64,000 nt of DNA from Neoconidiobolus thromboides FSU 785 (GCA_025603075.1 MU626343.1:1-64000), one strand, 5' to 3'; numbered from the stretch's first letter, positions 1 through 13,012 are shown. Made by a program: numbers and translations. The notes: generated from the sequence alone by a model not told the origin.

Positions 1-2
1 TT

Positions 3-401
3 AAAGAAATTCATAAAATAAATAGTAGGTTGAACATTAATCTTAATTTTTTTGCTGAGCATCATGGAAAAAGTATAGTTGATGGACATTTTGGAAACTT
101 TTCAAAATGCAAAAGTAGTTTTGAAGCGTTAGGTAAAATAGAAGATATCAATCAATTGATTTCAAGATTTGAGGCTTTTATTTGCGAGCATAATAAAATT
201 AATAACTCGACTGTTGATAATGGGAAAACAAATATAATTTTTAAAAAGTATAAAAGAAACAAAAATACAAAAAGGATAATAGAGATGCAAGGCATTAAGA
301 AGTATTTACACTTTATTAAATATAACAATAAATTATATTGTTATCCAGTACCTGATACATCAAAAAAAAGCGATACAGTTCTAATTAGAGTTATAGAGTT
401 T
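3..401 (+). mobile_element. C-terminal part of a DDD-type DNA transposase, Sola-like, interrupted by an LTR
   Basis: Frame is open from the window edge (KEIHKINSRLNINLNFFAEHHGKSIVDGHFGNFSK). The FF-x3-HGK-x3-D motif (H-x5-D) and downstream GIKKYLHF resemble the third catalytic Asp region of Sola-type transposases. After nt 401 the listed ORF reads into LTR sequence. Confidence 0.55.
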
Positions 402-656
402 TGTGAAATCTGGTACTCAGTGTTTGGAGTCAAGAACAGTTGTTGCTGGGTTGACTACACTATAAGTCGAAAGGTCTTAGTTTATGTGACTAAGATAGAC
501 TTGGATTATGAAGAATAGCACGTAATAGGTTACAAGCTATATAAGACAAATTAAAATAAGAGCATATGGTTGATTGTCTCTGAACTCAAGAACACAACAG
601 CTTAAATGGTTATTATGCATTAATCAAACATGGAGCTGATAAAGCAATATTTCACA
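402..656 (+). mobile_element. Internally deleted LTR (same family as 28960 and 30545)
   Basis: TGTGAAAT...ATTTCACA ends; first ~150 bp and last ~105 bp align to the 468-bp copies; ~213 bp missing; no matching flank duplication (GTTT/TTAC). Confidence 0.85.
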
Positions 657-810
657 TTACATAGCTTGCTGGTATTTGGTTAATATCAAAATGAACTTTT
701 TTAATTTGAATAGTATTTTAAAATATGATCTTATAAATTTTTTTTAAAACATGTTTAGGGTAATGTTTATTATAACAAAATTTAAAAGTAAAATAAATTA
801 TAAAGATAGT

Positions 811-916
811 ATAGGGGGATGTATTTTTGTACTCAAGATTTTTATTAACAATTTTTCCACTTGAATAGCGCTTAAAAGATGAAAAAAGTAATGAAATCAA
901 AAAAACACCCTCATAT
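811..916 (+). mobile_element. ~98-bp MITE copy
   Basis: Full-length match to family consensus; flanks ATAG/ATAT. Confidence 0.9.
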
Positions 917-1212
917 TTATATTTATATAAAACAACAAAAAAGCTAATTTTTTTAATTATTATTCTAGCTTCAAAACAAATAAACTTAAAAATATAAACC
1001 TGTATAAAAAATAACTTTTATTTAAAAATATAAGATTAATCGAAAAAGTTTGTTTTATTATTAAAAACTATTTTATAATATTTTTAGTCTATAATTTAAG
1101 TGTTTTAAAAAAAAGTTAGTATAACAAAATAAAATACTAAAATTTTTATTTTTTATTTTTATTTTATTTGTACAAAAAAATTTACTAGCTTTAAAATATA
1201 AGACAAATATTT

Positions 1213-1320
1213 ATATGGGTGTGTTTTTTTTTGGCTTCATTACTTTTTCCATCTTTTAAGCGCTATTCAAGTGGAAAAATTGTTAATAAAAATCTTAAAC
1301 ATTAAAATACATCCCCATAT
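1213..1320 (-). mobile_element. ~98-bp MITE copy
   Basis: Full-length; flanks ATAT/ATAT. Confidence 0.92.
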
Positions 1321-1535
1321 ACTATTCTTATTAATTTAAGCCTATTTTAGTTATATAGACTAAAAATTTTCAAACTATAACAGTTAATTAAACAAAAGCT
1401 GCCTTTTGATTTTAATTATTGAAGGCCAACTTCCATAAAAGCTGTTTTAGCTTAATTAACTGGTTATAAGTTAATAGGCTAATAAGTCAAGATTTATATA
1501 ACTAAAATAGACTCAAAGTATAAAAAGTAATATAT
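1317..1535. repeat. Imperfect fold-back element (~85-95 bp arms) between two MITE copies
   Basis: CTATTTTAGTTATATA (1342) is the exact reverse complement of TATATAACTAAAATAG (~1495); AACTATAACAGTTAATTAA pairs with TTAATTAACTGGTTATAAGTT. Confidence 0.7.
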
Positions 1536-1638
1536 GGCAGTGTTTTTTTTGACTTCATTATTTTTTCCATTTTCTAAGCGCCATTTAAGCGGAAAATTTG
1601 TTGGTAAAATTCTTAAACACAAAAATACATCCCCATAT
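1532..1638 (-). mobile_element. ~98-bp MITE copy
   Basis: Full-length; flanks ATAT/ATAT; shares variant GCCATTTAAGCGG with the 26168 copy. Confidence 0.92.
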
Positions 1639-1660
1639 AATAAGTTAAAAATTATAGAAT

Positions 1661-1765
1661 ATATGTGGATGTATTTTTGTGTTTAAGAATTTTACCAGCA
1701 AATTTTCCGCCCAAATAGTGCTTAAAAGATGGAAAAAGTAATGAAGTAAAAAAATACCCCCATAT
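1661..1765 (+). mobile_element. ~98-bp MITE copy
   Basis: Full-length; flanks ATAT/ATAT; inverted relative to the 1532 copy, 22 bp away. Confidence 0.92.
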
Positions 1766-4700
1766 TTATATAAAATACTTAATAACTTTATTAAAAAAAT
1801 AATACTAAAATAGCTTAAAAGAAAGAATTATCATACTAAAAAGTTCTTTTATACTTTGTATTAAAATATCATATACATAAAATATAATAAAGATTATAAA
1901 TTTTTATCACAAGTATTAAATATAAATATCAAAATATCAAAATATCAAAATAACATTATTTATAGTTAAAAAATTTAATAAAAAAATTTTAAATTAATTA
2001 TGCATAAATTTAAAAATATATTGAATTTTGAACTTAGGAAGATAGTTCTGCTGAAAAATCAAAAGTTTTTGCAAAGCCGCTTTTGATTTGAAGTTGAATT
2101 TGCATGAAATAAAATTCACTTTTAAAACTGAACTTTAATTTTGCAAAACTAATTTTGATTTTGAAGTGTTACCTTGAGCTTATAGTTGTAATTGAATAGT
2201 TTGCTGCTTGAATTGCTTTAAAAATTGTACTAGCATTATTGCTCTATTTATTTTGCAACATTATTTAATCTTTTTAAATAGCTATAGTGATGGAAAATGT
2301 GAATCTATGTTAACCATAAACTGTCAAAGAAATAGATATTATAGGTTTTATACTACATTGGTTATCTATTGCTACTTTGATTTTTCATTTAATTTTAATA
2401 TTCATTCTTGTTCAATTTTAAATATTTAAAAATTAATATGTATCATAAACAAACAATTTTTTTATCAAACTTGGGAGAACCAAAAACTCCAAAGCATCTC
2501 GTTTATTGGTGAATATAAAAAGATAAATAAAATGAGCTATTATAAGTGGAGATGGAATCAACCAAAGGCAAAACCAGTCAAACCAATCAGGAGATGGTTT
2601 ATTTTAAAGCTCCTACTTTTTATTAAGATACTTTCATTTAACAACCATATGCCCTACTTTATGTAAATTTATCTAGACATAAATAAGAAATGATGGTAGC
2701 AATTGGAGTGGACATTTATCGAAAGATTATTTTGTATAAAAAAGTAAACAATTCAGAGGCTGGCAATTACAAAAAAAGGTTGCGGGAGTGGGAGGACACC
2801 TAGGATTTTTGTTTTAGAACATTTGACTTATAATCCTTGTTCATCTAACTAACTCATCTATGTGTTTTATCACTCAAGTAGCATCCTTTAGTTTTATATA
2901 GCATTACGTATTTCTTGTTAGTATTTGGAAGGCCAAATCATGAAATATTATGGGAATAACTATATTAACAATTTTTTCTGCTCACATGCTTGTATACTTA
3001 GATTAAGGTACTCAGCATGCCCGTGTATCATATAAGTATGTTTAGTTGAATCAATTTTTAAAAAATAGGACTAAAAATTTAAATCAACAATATATAAATA
3101 CAAAATGTCAAATACTGACTTTTCTATTCTTTGTTTTATAAAGATAGTCCGTATTCATGAATTTATAAAAAAAGAAAAAAGTTCTCTAGCTCATTTGCAT
3201 GGAGAACATTATCAGCTCTAAACTATACAGTAAAAAACTGCATTTATATAATAATCTATAATCAATCATTTACTCATTTAGGTATTAACTTTAATCAAAA
3301 AAGTTTGCATTTGTAGAGAATAATAAATACAATCTAAGTTTCAAGTAATTTAATACTAACTGTTTATCTATTTCTTTATTTATAGTGGTAAGGCAGAATG
3401 GAGTGGTTTACAGCCTACAATATTTGATAGCGAATCTATAGCTTACAAGCTATTGAAGATAGCAGATTACCTTGAAATTTTTTTTAGGAAATTCATTGTT
3501 TCTAAGCGGTTAAAATTTAATTATTTTGTTACTAAATGACGAATTCGTCCTTAACCCTTTGATTTATTCCCTAATGATGGAGGCTTAGGAAACGTTAAAA
3601 GATGACGATAAAACGAACTTTCGTGGCGCTTTTGGTGTGGACTTTATAGGATATTACTAAACATTTACTAATGATAAAAGAGAAGTTCGATCTTTAATAG
3701 GAATTTTACTTTCTCTGTTCTGTGTCGTGAAGCATTAGCTAAGTATGTTTTAAATAAAGGATAACCTAAATTGTGGAGATTATGATTTATTTGGGTATCC
3801 TAAATTTGTTCAACTGATTTTAATTTCTACCTTTAATACTATTGTTATAAATCATAGAGACTCTGCTTTAAAGGATTGATTCAACTTAATTGATAATCTT
3901 TATGGTAGCTTCGCTACTTCCTCTAAACTTTAGCCTCATAAAATTGAATCCAGATTATCGCAAGACATAGAGATATTATTGTAATTAACAGTCAAGTATT
4001 TATAATATTCTTATACAAGATGTAGTCGGTTTTATTGTGAAACTAAAATATATATTACTTCTCAGTATTTTATAAATAAGCACCCTGATCATATTAATTT
4101 AGCACTAGGAATTTATTTACTATAAAAATTATAAAGCATATTTTTATTATCTTGATTTTATGGTTGCAGTTAACTTATCATATCATTTTAGTTATTCTTT
4201 AATAAAATAATGACTTTTTTCCTCTGTTTGTTCTCTTATACCATTATTTAAGTTTTTCAAATAAGCAGTACTAAATAAAATAGACATCATGATTTTTTCT
4301 AATTAATTATCTATATTTTCGGCTCCTTGATTTATTATCTAACTTTATTATTTAGCTTCGTTATTTAATTTTTGAATCTTTTTCGAGACAATGCAGTTAT
4401 AGGCTTCACATATTGCTTGCTAAAAGAACTTGAAACAATTGAAGGTCCCGAAATGTTTTTATCAATATAGGAAAAACAAAAGAAATCAAGAAAAGACTAG
4501 TTGGGAACTGATCTAAGTAGGATAAATGTGGTTAAAGAACCAAATGACTAGAAGGGGGTTCTGGCTGCAGTTTATTCGCTTTACATTAAGAGAATTATAT
4601 GAAGCATATTTGGATTTCAACTCATATAATCCAAATATGAGAGGATGAAGCAACAATAGAATGAGGTAAATGAACTATTTCAGAAGAATTTGGAGTATGA

Positions 4701-5697
4701 AAAGCTTTTAAATTTCTTTCTGGTGTTTTGTATTTTTAAGATTCAACAACTTGAATAAATATTATAATTTTAATCTATTACAGCAATTAAGTTATTAACT
4801 TTCATATAGAAAAAACAGCCGCCGTGATATCATGCACCCTATATTCAAAGTAATTATTATTTAACAATGTATTTAACTTTAAAGTCAGCAGAGATTAGAA
4901 ATGATATATAAATTAAGGGCTTGGTACAACGAGGCTTTATGATTATATAGCTATATTATCAACTAGAATAACTATAGTAGTATATCAATGCACCTATTGA
5001 GTTACATTAAGCTTTTTGAGAGCTGTAGTTAAAGTTTTAATTTGCTTATGTAAAAGCAAGGTCGAATTGAATAGTACATATTTTATTTATTTTATTGAAT
5101 AAACAGATATGATTTTATAGTTTTATAAATAAAAGGATAATAGCTCCTTTAATCTGTTTAATTGTAAAAGTGCATTAGCTTCTAATTATGATGTGGATAA
5201 CTAGAAGGAGCTTAAATATCTTTATTTGTTATAACATATAATTCTGATACAATACTCTTCTGTTTGCTAAAACTATGAGTAAACTCTTAATATTTTTTAT
5301 TCAATTTTAAATTTATTTTTAAAACATTTAAATGAATTGAAGTCCTGTTATCAAAACATGGTGATGGAACTACCCTTTATGACTTGCTAAAGACTGTTGA
5401 GTATCTTAGCCACTCAGGCCAAAACATTTATCCAGAGACGCTTGACAAATATGTACATCAGATGTACATCAGATTTGCCAAGTTGTTAATATACCATTAA
5501 GCTTTGCTTCATAGCATTTTTCTAATTCTCTACACAGTATAAAGTATTTATTTACGTTGTTAATTTATGCTTATTGGCTTAAATTTACCAAATATGAAGG
5601 TTGCTTTTAACTATAAAAATACTATCCTATAACAAACGAAACAGTCATTAGAAAACAGCTACAACTTTAATATAATAGCAATTATTTATTGACAAGG

Positions 5698-7542
5698 CTA
5701 AGGATTTAATTCAACATCATAAAACACCAAAAGGTTTTCCATTAGAGAAATATTTGATTTTGCTTGATGTCCTGCAATTCTGCAAAAGGAAAGCTCATAA
5801 AACAGACGTTTAGCCTCTGTCAAGGCTTTTTTCAAACTTTGGGCTGTAACCATAGTCTTGTTTTTCAAACGATCAAAATGACCATAATATTTGATTATAA
5901 AATGCGATGCAAATGCCAAAAAGGAGCATCGCATCATTGTATAAGGTTCTGGGCCAACACCACTAAGCAATTTTATTATCTGTAAACAGGCTTTGATGGC
6001 TATGACCAACGCAGGATAAATGGATGTCTTTCGGCCTTTTATATAAGTTTCATACAAATGACAGTAGTTACTTGTTACTAAAAATATACAATAATAATAT
6101 CTTATATACAAAAAGGTCATGGTTTGGTTTATGATATTGTTTAATAGATCTTCATCCGTTACCAAGTCACTCAATCTGTTCTTCAGCAACAACACTTTTT
6201 TTGTTATTGCCGCGTAGATATTTTCGGTTGTTGCTAATAATTTTAATATATCAGATACGTCAATTTTCTTTCTCTCGGAGTTATAAATTTGGATGAACTC
6301 GCATCTTTTAATATACAGTTTGAATAAGATACTGTTCTCAAAAAAACTGACTTGAGATAAATATATAATGCAACAATCCATAATAGTATGCTTTGTAAAA
6401 CTATAGCTACAATTTATAGTTAAACTTATGTAACTATCTATATATTCTGTTAAATCAGAATTTGTTGTAAAGCTAAGGTAGGTTTTTGGAACGTTTGATG
6501 AGATCCAAATACCATTGGCATCCAAAGCCAGTAATCGACGGTAAGCTAGAACCTTTTCCAACTCATCAATACTTCCATCCTTTATTTTTGTTAAGTGTAA
6601 ACCTAAAGAGGTCATTAAAGATAATGAAGCAGAATGAAATACCCACATTCTATCTAATAAAACCTTCGATGATCTAAGACAGCAGTAAATTATAGTATAT
6701 GCCTGCAAAGTATCTAGAGAATGAACCATTTTTGAAGTTCTAGTTAAGGTTTCCAATTTCTCTGTCAAGAGAAAGGATAGTTCTTTGGTAAGTTTTGATT
6801 CTGGAAGTAATTGAAGCCCTGAGCACCACACAGAAAAGTATAATAGTTTGCTTCTTTTTTTGTTATGATATGAATCCCAGGTAAATAAAGGGTTGAAAAA
6901 ATTAAAGTAGTGAAAAAAAGCTATTTCTGCTTGGTGAATCAGCTCTTTAACTCTATAGCCTGAAAAATGGTTTTTTATCTTCACTAATGGTACCACTCCC
7001 CGAAAGTATAGTTTGTTATTGAATAGATCAATTAATAATAATTTGCTGCTCTTTTCTAATCTCTCTGTGGTAAATCCAGTCAAAGTAAATAAGTGATAAA
7101 ATTCACAACGAGTTGTAGTATTTGACAGCCACTTCTTGACAATATTATTCCAATCCCTTGTCAAAAATTTACCATTATTATCCACATTTAGCATGACAAT
7201 GTTTTCAGAGAAAAACAATATGCTAGTATTTTTTTCTTTTTGTAAGATCTTTTCCTTCTTTTCTTTTTTGGTCTTCTTATCCGTTTCTTTATTTTTGCCT
7301 CTAGCTTTTACCGGAAATCTTTGGCGTGATCCAATACTAAATGTCTCTATTGTTTGGTAGCTGAAGGTTGCTTTTTTAGATAACGGTCGATCCCAACTAC
7401 ATATCAGCCCACTGTTGGCACAAGGTTTACATTTGGGTATTTCTTTGTTACATTTCATTTTTCGGAAGTTACATTGATCACAACTCCTATCATGAACCTT
7501 AATTAAAACACTATCTTCAAGACTTATCAATTGATTAAGCAT
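5698..7542 (-). CDS. Zn(II)2Cys6 fungal transcription factor (single exon)
   Basis: 614-aa ORF with CDQCNFRKMKCNKEIPKCKPCANSGLIC binuclear cluster, a basic linker and a helical middle region (YFNFFNPLF) typical of fungal TF domains. Confidence 0.9.
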   Translation of the reverse strand: MLNQLISLEDSVLIKVHDRSCDQCNFRKMKCNKEIPKCKPCANSGLICSWDRPLSKKATFSYQTIETFSIGSRQRFPVKARGKNKETDKKTKKEKKEKILQKEKNTSILFFSENIVMLNVDNNGKFLTRDWNNIVKKWLSNTTTRCEFYHLFTLTGFTTERLEKSSKLLLIDLFNNKLYFRGVVPLVKIKNHFSGYRVKELIHQAEIAFFHYFNFFNPLFTWDSYHNKKRSKLLYFSVWCSGLQLLPESKLTKELSFLLTEKLETLTRTSKMVHSLDTLQAYTIIYCCLRSSKVLLDRMWVFHSASLSLMTSLGLHLTKIKDGSIDELEKVLAYRRLLALDANGIWISSNVPKTYLSFTTNSDLTEYIDSYISLTINCSYSFTKHTIMDCCIIYLSQVSFFENSILFKLYIKRCEFIQIYNSERKKIDVSDILKLLATTENIYAAITKKVLLLKNRLSDLVTDEDLLNNIINQTMTFLYIRYYYCIFLVTSNYCHLYETYIKGRKTSIYPALVIAIKACLQIIKLLSGVGPEPYTMMRCSFLAFASHFIIKYYGHFDRLKNKTMVTAQSLKKALTEAKRLFYELSFCRIAGHQAKSNISLMENLLVFYDVELNP

Positions 7543-8180
7543 TTTGTTAAGTTGTTTTTCATAGTTAGAAAGAATAGAACTTTTTATTTTGGCTTAGTAC
7601 TTAAGGTTCTCCTCCCTTCTCTTGAATATTGATTTATTTGGATCAAATGATATTTTGTATTTTAGACTAATCGTAGCTACATTAGGTTTTATTGCTTTTT
7701 ATTGGCTATAGCGAGCCTTGATTTTTTATTTTATTCGGTGTAATTTCAAATTATGCAGTACCTTTCTAAATTGGATTAAAAATATGACATTTATATTTTT
7801 ATTGAGTAAGCAGTTACATTATCTATTATTGTGTAGATCAGGTTTATAGTTGTAGTAAAAAAAGACTCAATTTAAATTGAAAGACTGATAAAATGATTAA
7901 AATTTTATATTTATATTTATAGTAAATTAATATAATAGCGAAATACTAGCTTGAAATTGGAATGATAGTAAACTTAATTTTAATTAGCTATAAAACAACA
8001 CACTTGATAAATATCAATTCTAAAATCGACATCATTGATAAAGAGCTCATTATCGTTATTCAAAATCTACAGTAGTTATTTTGTATTGAGAAACAGTGGA
8101 ATCTTTCAAAATATAAACATGAAGCTGAATGTAATCTTAAATTTCAATAATAAAACCACTAAAACCAAAAAATGAAAATG

Positions 8181-8195
8181 AAAATGATTGGTTAA
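8181..8195 (-). promoter_or_regulatory. CCAAT box upstream of eIF2A
   Basis: AAAATGATTGGTTAA about 50 bp before the ATG; identical 15-mer at 48678-48692. Confidence 0.55.
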
Positions 8196-8245
8196 ACGAG
8201 AAAATAAAAAACAACTTTTATATTAAAACTACTTTACATTATTTA

Positions 8246-9970
8246 ATGGCGACTAACAGTGTAAAAAAAGCAACCCATTTTGCGTGTAATATCTTAATCT
8301 ATTTCTAAGTTAAAAACTAAATTACCATTTAGATCGTACAAAAGAAGGATTAGGATTAGCTCAAGGTAGTCCAAATTATACCAAAGAGGAGGAGTTATTC
8401 CCCTTTACCAAGGGCGATATTCAATCTGTAATCTATGATCAAGGGGGCAAATATATGGCATATACCACTACTGAACAGTAAGATATTTTAAATATAAAAT
8501 ACATGACTCTAAAAAATAAATTAGTATATTTATACATTGTGCTGAAACATATAAAGAGTTACAAAAAATTGAAGAGAAAGATGTATTGTATATGGAATTT
8601 AGCATCGGTGGGAATTATTTAAGTATTTGGAAACGATATAAAAAAGAGGATGGAGCTGATAATTTGGTCATTTACTCAACTTTAGAGGGTGAAAAGGTTA
8701 ATAGTTTTATTCAAAAAGAGAGCGAAGGTTGGAATTTGCAATGGACTTTTGAAGAAAGCTACATGGCTAGAATGGTTAATAACGAAGTACACTTTTACAG
8801 CTCAAAAAAACTTGGTGATAAAGCTCCAAGCTTCAAGTTACATTTAGAAGGTATTAAAAATTTTAGTTTATCTGCTGGAAAAGCACCTCATGTAGCTATT
8901 TTTGTGCCTGAACGTAAAGGAAGACCTGCTTTTGTTAGATTATATTCAATCCCCAATTTTACTTCACCAGTTGCTAGTAAAACCTTTTTCAAAGCTGATA
9001 AAGTACAAATGGTTTGGAATCCATTAGGAACCAATATTTTGGTCTTGACTCAAACAGAGGTTGATAAAACTGGAAAGAGTTATTATGGTGAAAGTCATCT
9101 TTATTATCTCTCTGTAGCTGGAACCTTCGATTGTAGAGTTCCTTTAGATAAAGAAGGACCAATCCATGACTTTAATTGGTCTCCTACTTCTAAAGAGTTT
9201 GCTGTCTCCTATGGATGTAAGTTATTTTATGTTTTATTATTATTTAATTTTAATAATGTTTAGTCATGCCATCAAAAACTAGTATCTTTGATCAAAGAGT
9301 TAACAAAGTACATACTTTTACTGAAACAAGTCGTAATTTCACTCGATTTAGTCCTCATGGAAAATATTTCTTATTAGCAGGTTTTGGTAACTTGAATGGA
9401 AATTTAGATATTTATGATTTGAAAAATTATAAAAAGTTAGCCAGCATAGATGGAAGTGGCAGTTCTTATTGCGAATGGTTACCAGATGGTAGACATTTTG
9501 TTACTGCTACTTGCTCTCCTAGATTACGTGTTGACAATGGGTTTAAAATATGGCATTACAGTGGAGCCTTAGTGTATGAGCTACCTATTTCAGTACTTTA
9601 TCAAGTTTCCATTAGAAATCTTGATGCTGATTTGTTTCCAATGAAGCCAAATTCACAATCTCCTCCACCAAAGTCTCTAAAAGTTAAAACTAAAGTACAA
9701 TCGAAAACAGCTTATGTACCACCTCACCTTAGAAACCAAGCTAAAGCTGAGCCTAAAAAAGAAAAAGCAAAGCCAAAACAAGATTCTGATGCATTGACTA
9801 AAAAAGCAGCTACTTTAACAAAGAAGCTTAAGCAAATTGAAGAGCTTATCTCTTCAGCTATGAATGGACAAACTTTGACTCCTGATCAAGTTAAGAAAGT
9901 GAAAACTAAAGTGGATATTCAAGTTGAATTGCAAGATATTCAATTGAAACTTAAAAATATTCGAATTTAA
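8246..9970 (+). CDS. EIF2A: Eukaryotic translation initiation factor 2A (4 exons)
   Basis: Spliced model (introns 8286-8332, 8478-8524, 9217-9263) gives MATNSVKKATHFAYRTKEG... with eIF2A motifs SKTFFKAD, DKTGKSYYGE, EGPIHDFNWSP, LAGFGNLNG, PRLRVDNG, AYVPPHLR. Confidence 0.93.
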
Positions 9971-10400
9971 AATCAACAATAGATTAAAGAAGTTTAATTT
10001 AAAAATATATTTTTATTATATTTAATACTTTCTATTTTTTAAAATGAAATATATTTATTATAGCTCTTAATTATTAGTTTATGTATTTTGCTATTAATTT
10101 AATTTTACTTATATTGTATGAATTTAGGCTCCTATATTAATTTAGATGCTAGCTTAAAAATGTATTAATATTAATATTAATATTAATATTAGTTTATGAT
10201 AAAAGATTATAATTCTATTTATGGAAAATATGAAATTAAATTTGAAAATACTTTTTTTCAAAAGGTGCAAAATTGTTTGCTAATCATAGCCAATAAATTT
10301 TACAAATTTTCAAAAAAAGCAAAACCAAGCTGCTTACGTATAAACTAAATCAATAATTTAAAAAATAGTAAGAAAGCAACATTTAGTTTAATAAAAAAAT

Positions 10401-11293
10401 ATGAGTGGAAAGCTTAAGCCAGGAGAAGTAAATTTAGGGGTAAGTCGAGCAAAGAAAATACACTAAAAAAAGTGCCTAAAAGATAATTTAGACAACCATT
10501 ATGGCCGTCCAATTTGATGGGGGCGTTGTAATTGGAGCGGATTCTAGAACTACCACTGGTAGTTACATTGCGAATCGAGTCACTGATAAGTTAACTATGG
10601 TACATGATAATATTTGGTGTTGTCGATCAGGTTCTGCTGCTGATACTCAAGCAGTAGCCGATATTTTACATTATTATTTACAGTTATATGAGTAAGTTTA
10701 TGGCTTAATTTTTAAATTTATAGATTTAGATCAAATTTTATAGAGTCCAACACGGAGAAGCCCCAACAGTTAAAATAGCTGCTACTTTATTCCAAGAAAT
10801 TTGTTACGGTAATAAAGATAATTTAAGTGCTGGTATTATTGTTGGGGGTTGGGATAAACTTGAAGGCGGTTCTGTTTATTCTATTCCTTTAGGTGGTTCT
10901 TTACATAAACAACCATTTTCTATTGGAGGTAATCAAAGATCAATATGAAAGTAATTAATTCTAATATTTTTTAGGCTCTGGTTCAACTTTCATCTATGGA
11001 TATTGTGATGCCGCTTATAAAGATAATATGAATGAAGATCAATGCGTTGAATTTGTAAAGAATGGTATTTTGGAGATAATATTTTTTTAAAATTTAATAC
11101 TTATTTTATTTAATTTAGCTGTTACTTTGGCTATGTCTAGAGATGGTAGCTCCGGTGGTGTTATTAGATTAGCAGTTATTACTAAAGAAGGTGTAAGAAG
11201 GATTTTTGTTCCTGGAAATCAATTACCAGGTAATATTAATAATAATAATAGTTGGTATAAAAATTAATATACTTTTTAGCTTTCTATGAATAA
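10401..11293 (+). CDS. PRE3: 20S proteasome subunit beta1 (multi-exon)
   Basis: Propeptide ...GEVNLG then [35 protein letters not shown]; [10 protein letters not shown]; [13 protein letters not shown]; [10 protein letters not shown]; GT-AG introns. Confidence 0.95.
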
Positions 11294-13012
11294 ACTGTAG
11301 CTTCACGACTTTATATGTTAATTTTTATTTAAATTTATAATTTGGGCTTTATAATAAATAGCACTGAATTGGATAAAATATAATGATAGGTCTAACATTT
11401 TGTACACTTTTAAATTTTAGGTACTCCCATACTGTCTGATGGATTTTATTTGAGTATAATCTAAACTCCATTATTATACATTGCCTTAGTTGTTGTTCAT
11501 TTTCATTAAGCAATTTAATCTTTTAAACTAGGAAGGAGTATAAAATAGCTTAGGTATACGAATACATAGAGTATAGCTAATATATAGGATTAAATCTTAT
11601 ATAAATAAAGGAACAAAGAAATAAAGGAATAAACGAGGTTTTAACCGGTATCTTAGATGGAATATTCTAGGCAACGCAATTAACTATGTAAATAAAATGT
11701 TTACGAATTTAAAATTATTTTAGCTATTTTTTATACTTTAAATAATTGTAGCTTCTAATCTACAATTTAAACTAGATTATTATCTTTTTTTGGTTCCAAA
11801 TCAGGTTCTCGAAAATGAGAAGGTTTTCTTATCTATCCTTTATTTTCTGTTTATAATTCAACTGAACCAGTAAGCCCATGATCTTACAGAAATAACATAT
11901 TTAGTCGTCTTACAGGTATAGTTTCTAGCTCATTGCTTTTTATCTGTTTTGTAATTAGGTTTGGAATAAATAGACTCAATACAAGGCATTTGTTTTTGAA
12001 AATTTGTATAAAAAAATCAAGTTTTAAAAAATAGTTATTTTTTATTATATAAATTTAAAAATTAAAAAAAATCATTTAGACTTTAGAACAATAGTCTTTT
12101 CAAGTTATTTTTTAAATAATTTTTAGAAAAATAGCTTGTAAAAAAAGAACCAATTTTGCAAAAATCTATTTTTAATTTTAAGTTTTATATAACTTGTTAA
12201 TGTTTTAAATTTAAAAAACAAAAGCTTTTATATATTGAAACATTAAAAAAAGAAATCTTTTAAAATTAGTTTAAAAACTAAAGCTTTATGCGAAAAACAA
12301 TAGCTGTCTTATTTTTTCATTACAAATAACATAAATTTTTATATATAATGACTTATCACTCTATATTCTCATTTACAATAAACGACTATTTTTAAATTAA
12401 TTTGTGAAATGAATTAATTTTATTTTATTTGCAGTGCATTTAAGGGGGGAAAGATTGAAATCACTTCTTAATGCTTAAATTGGAATTACCATTTTTTTTA
12501 TGGTAACATTCAAATGACATTTTAGAAATGAATAAATAATCAATTGCAACAGTGGTGTAGCCTCAAACTCAGTCTAAAGTATGCATAAGTAACACACTTG
12601 AGATGAGCTCATCAACTTTTATTGGCTGAATTAGGATAAGTTATGTTTTGGTTCAGCATTTAATTGGTAAATTTGGCCCAATCAGTTGCTCTTTATTTCA
12701 ATTAATTGAATGCGCTTCTTTTAAAATACTAATAACAAAGCAGATTCAAAATTTATCTTTTTAGTAGTATTAGCCTTAGTGTAATTTTCAAATTTATATA
12801 CCTTAATAGATACTATTGTAGTATTTTTGTAAAATATTTATATTTCATATTTCATTTTAAAAGTATATAATAAATTAAAAAACAAATCGATTATTGTTCT
12901 ATTCTAAGCTTAGTTGATCAAATAAATTAGATAAACCTTACCACTTAAAGGGTTTTGTAAGATTAAAAAAGATTCAACTATTGAACTGCATTATAAATAA
13001 ACTATATAAGTT

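Noticed and set aside
718-900. Short ORFs crossing MITE copies (718-900, 47028-47219, 51683-51871, 60651-60866)
   Set aside because: By-products of the stop-free frame in the repeat; no gene context.
5764-7360. Antisense or alternative-frame ORFs inside real genes (e.g. 5764, 6486, 7136, 13874, 17243, 17656, 24832, 32610, 32758, 35569, 38686, 39712, 40015, 52551, 53894, 56658, 57899, 61717)
   Set aside because: They overlap well-supported genes or relics and show no independent motifs.
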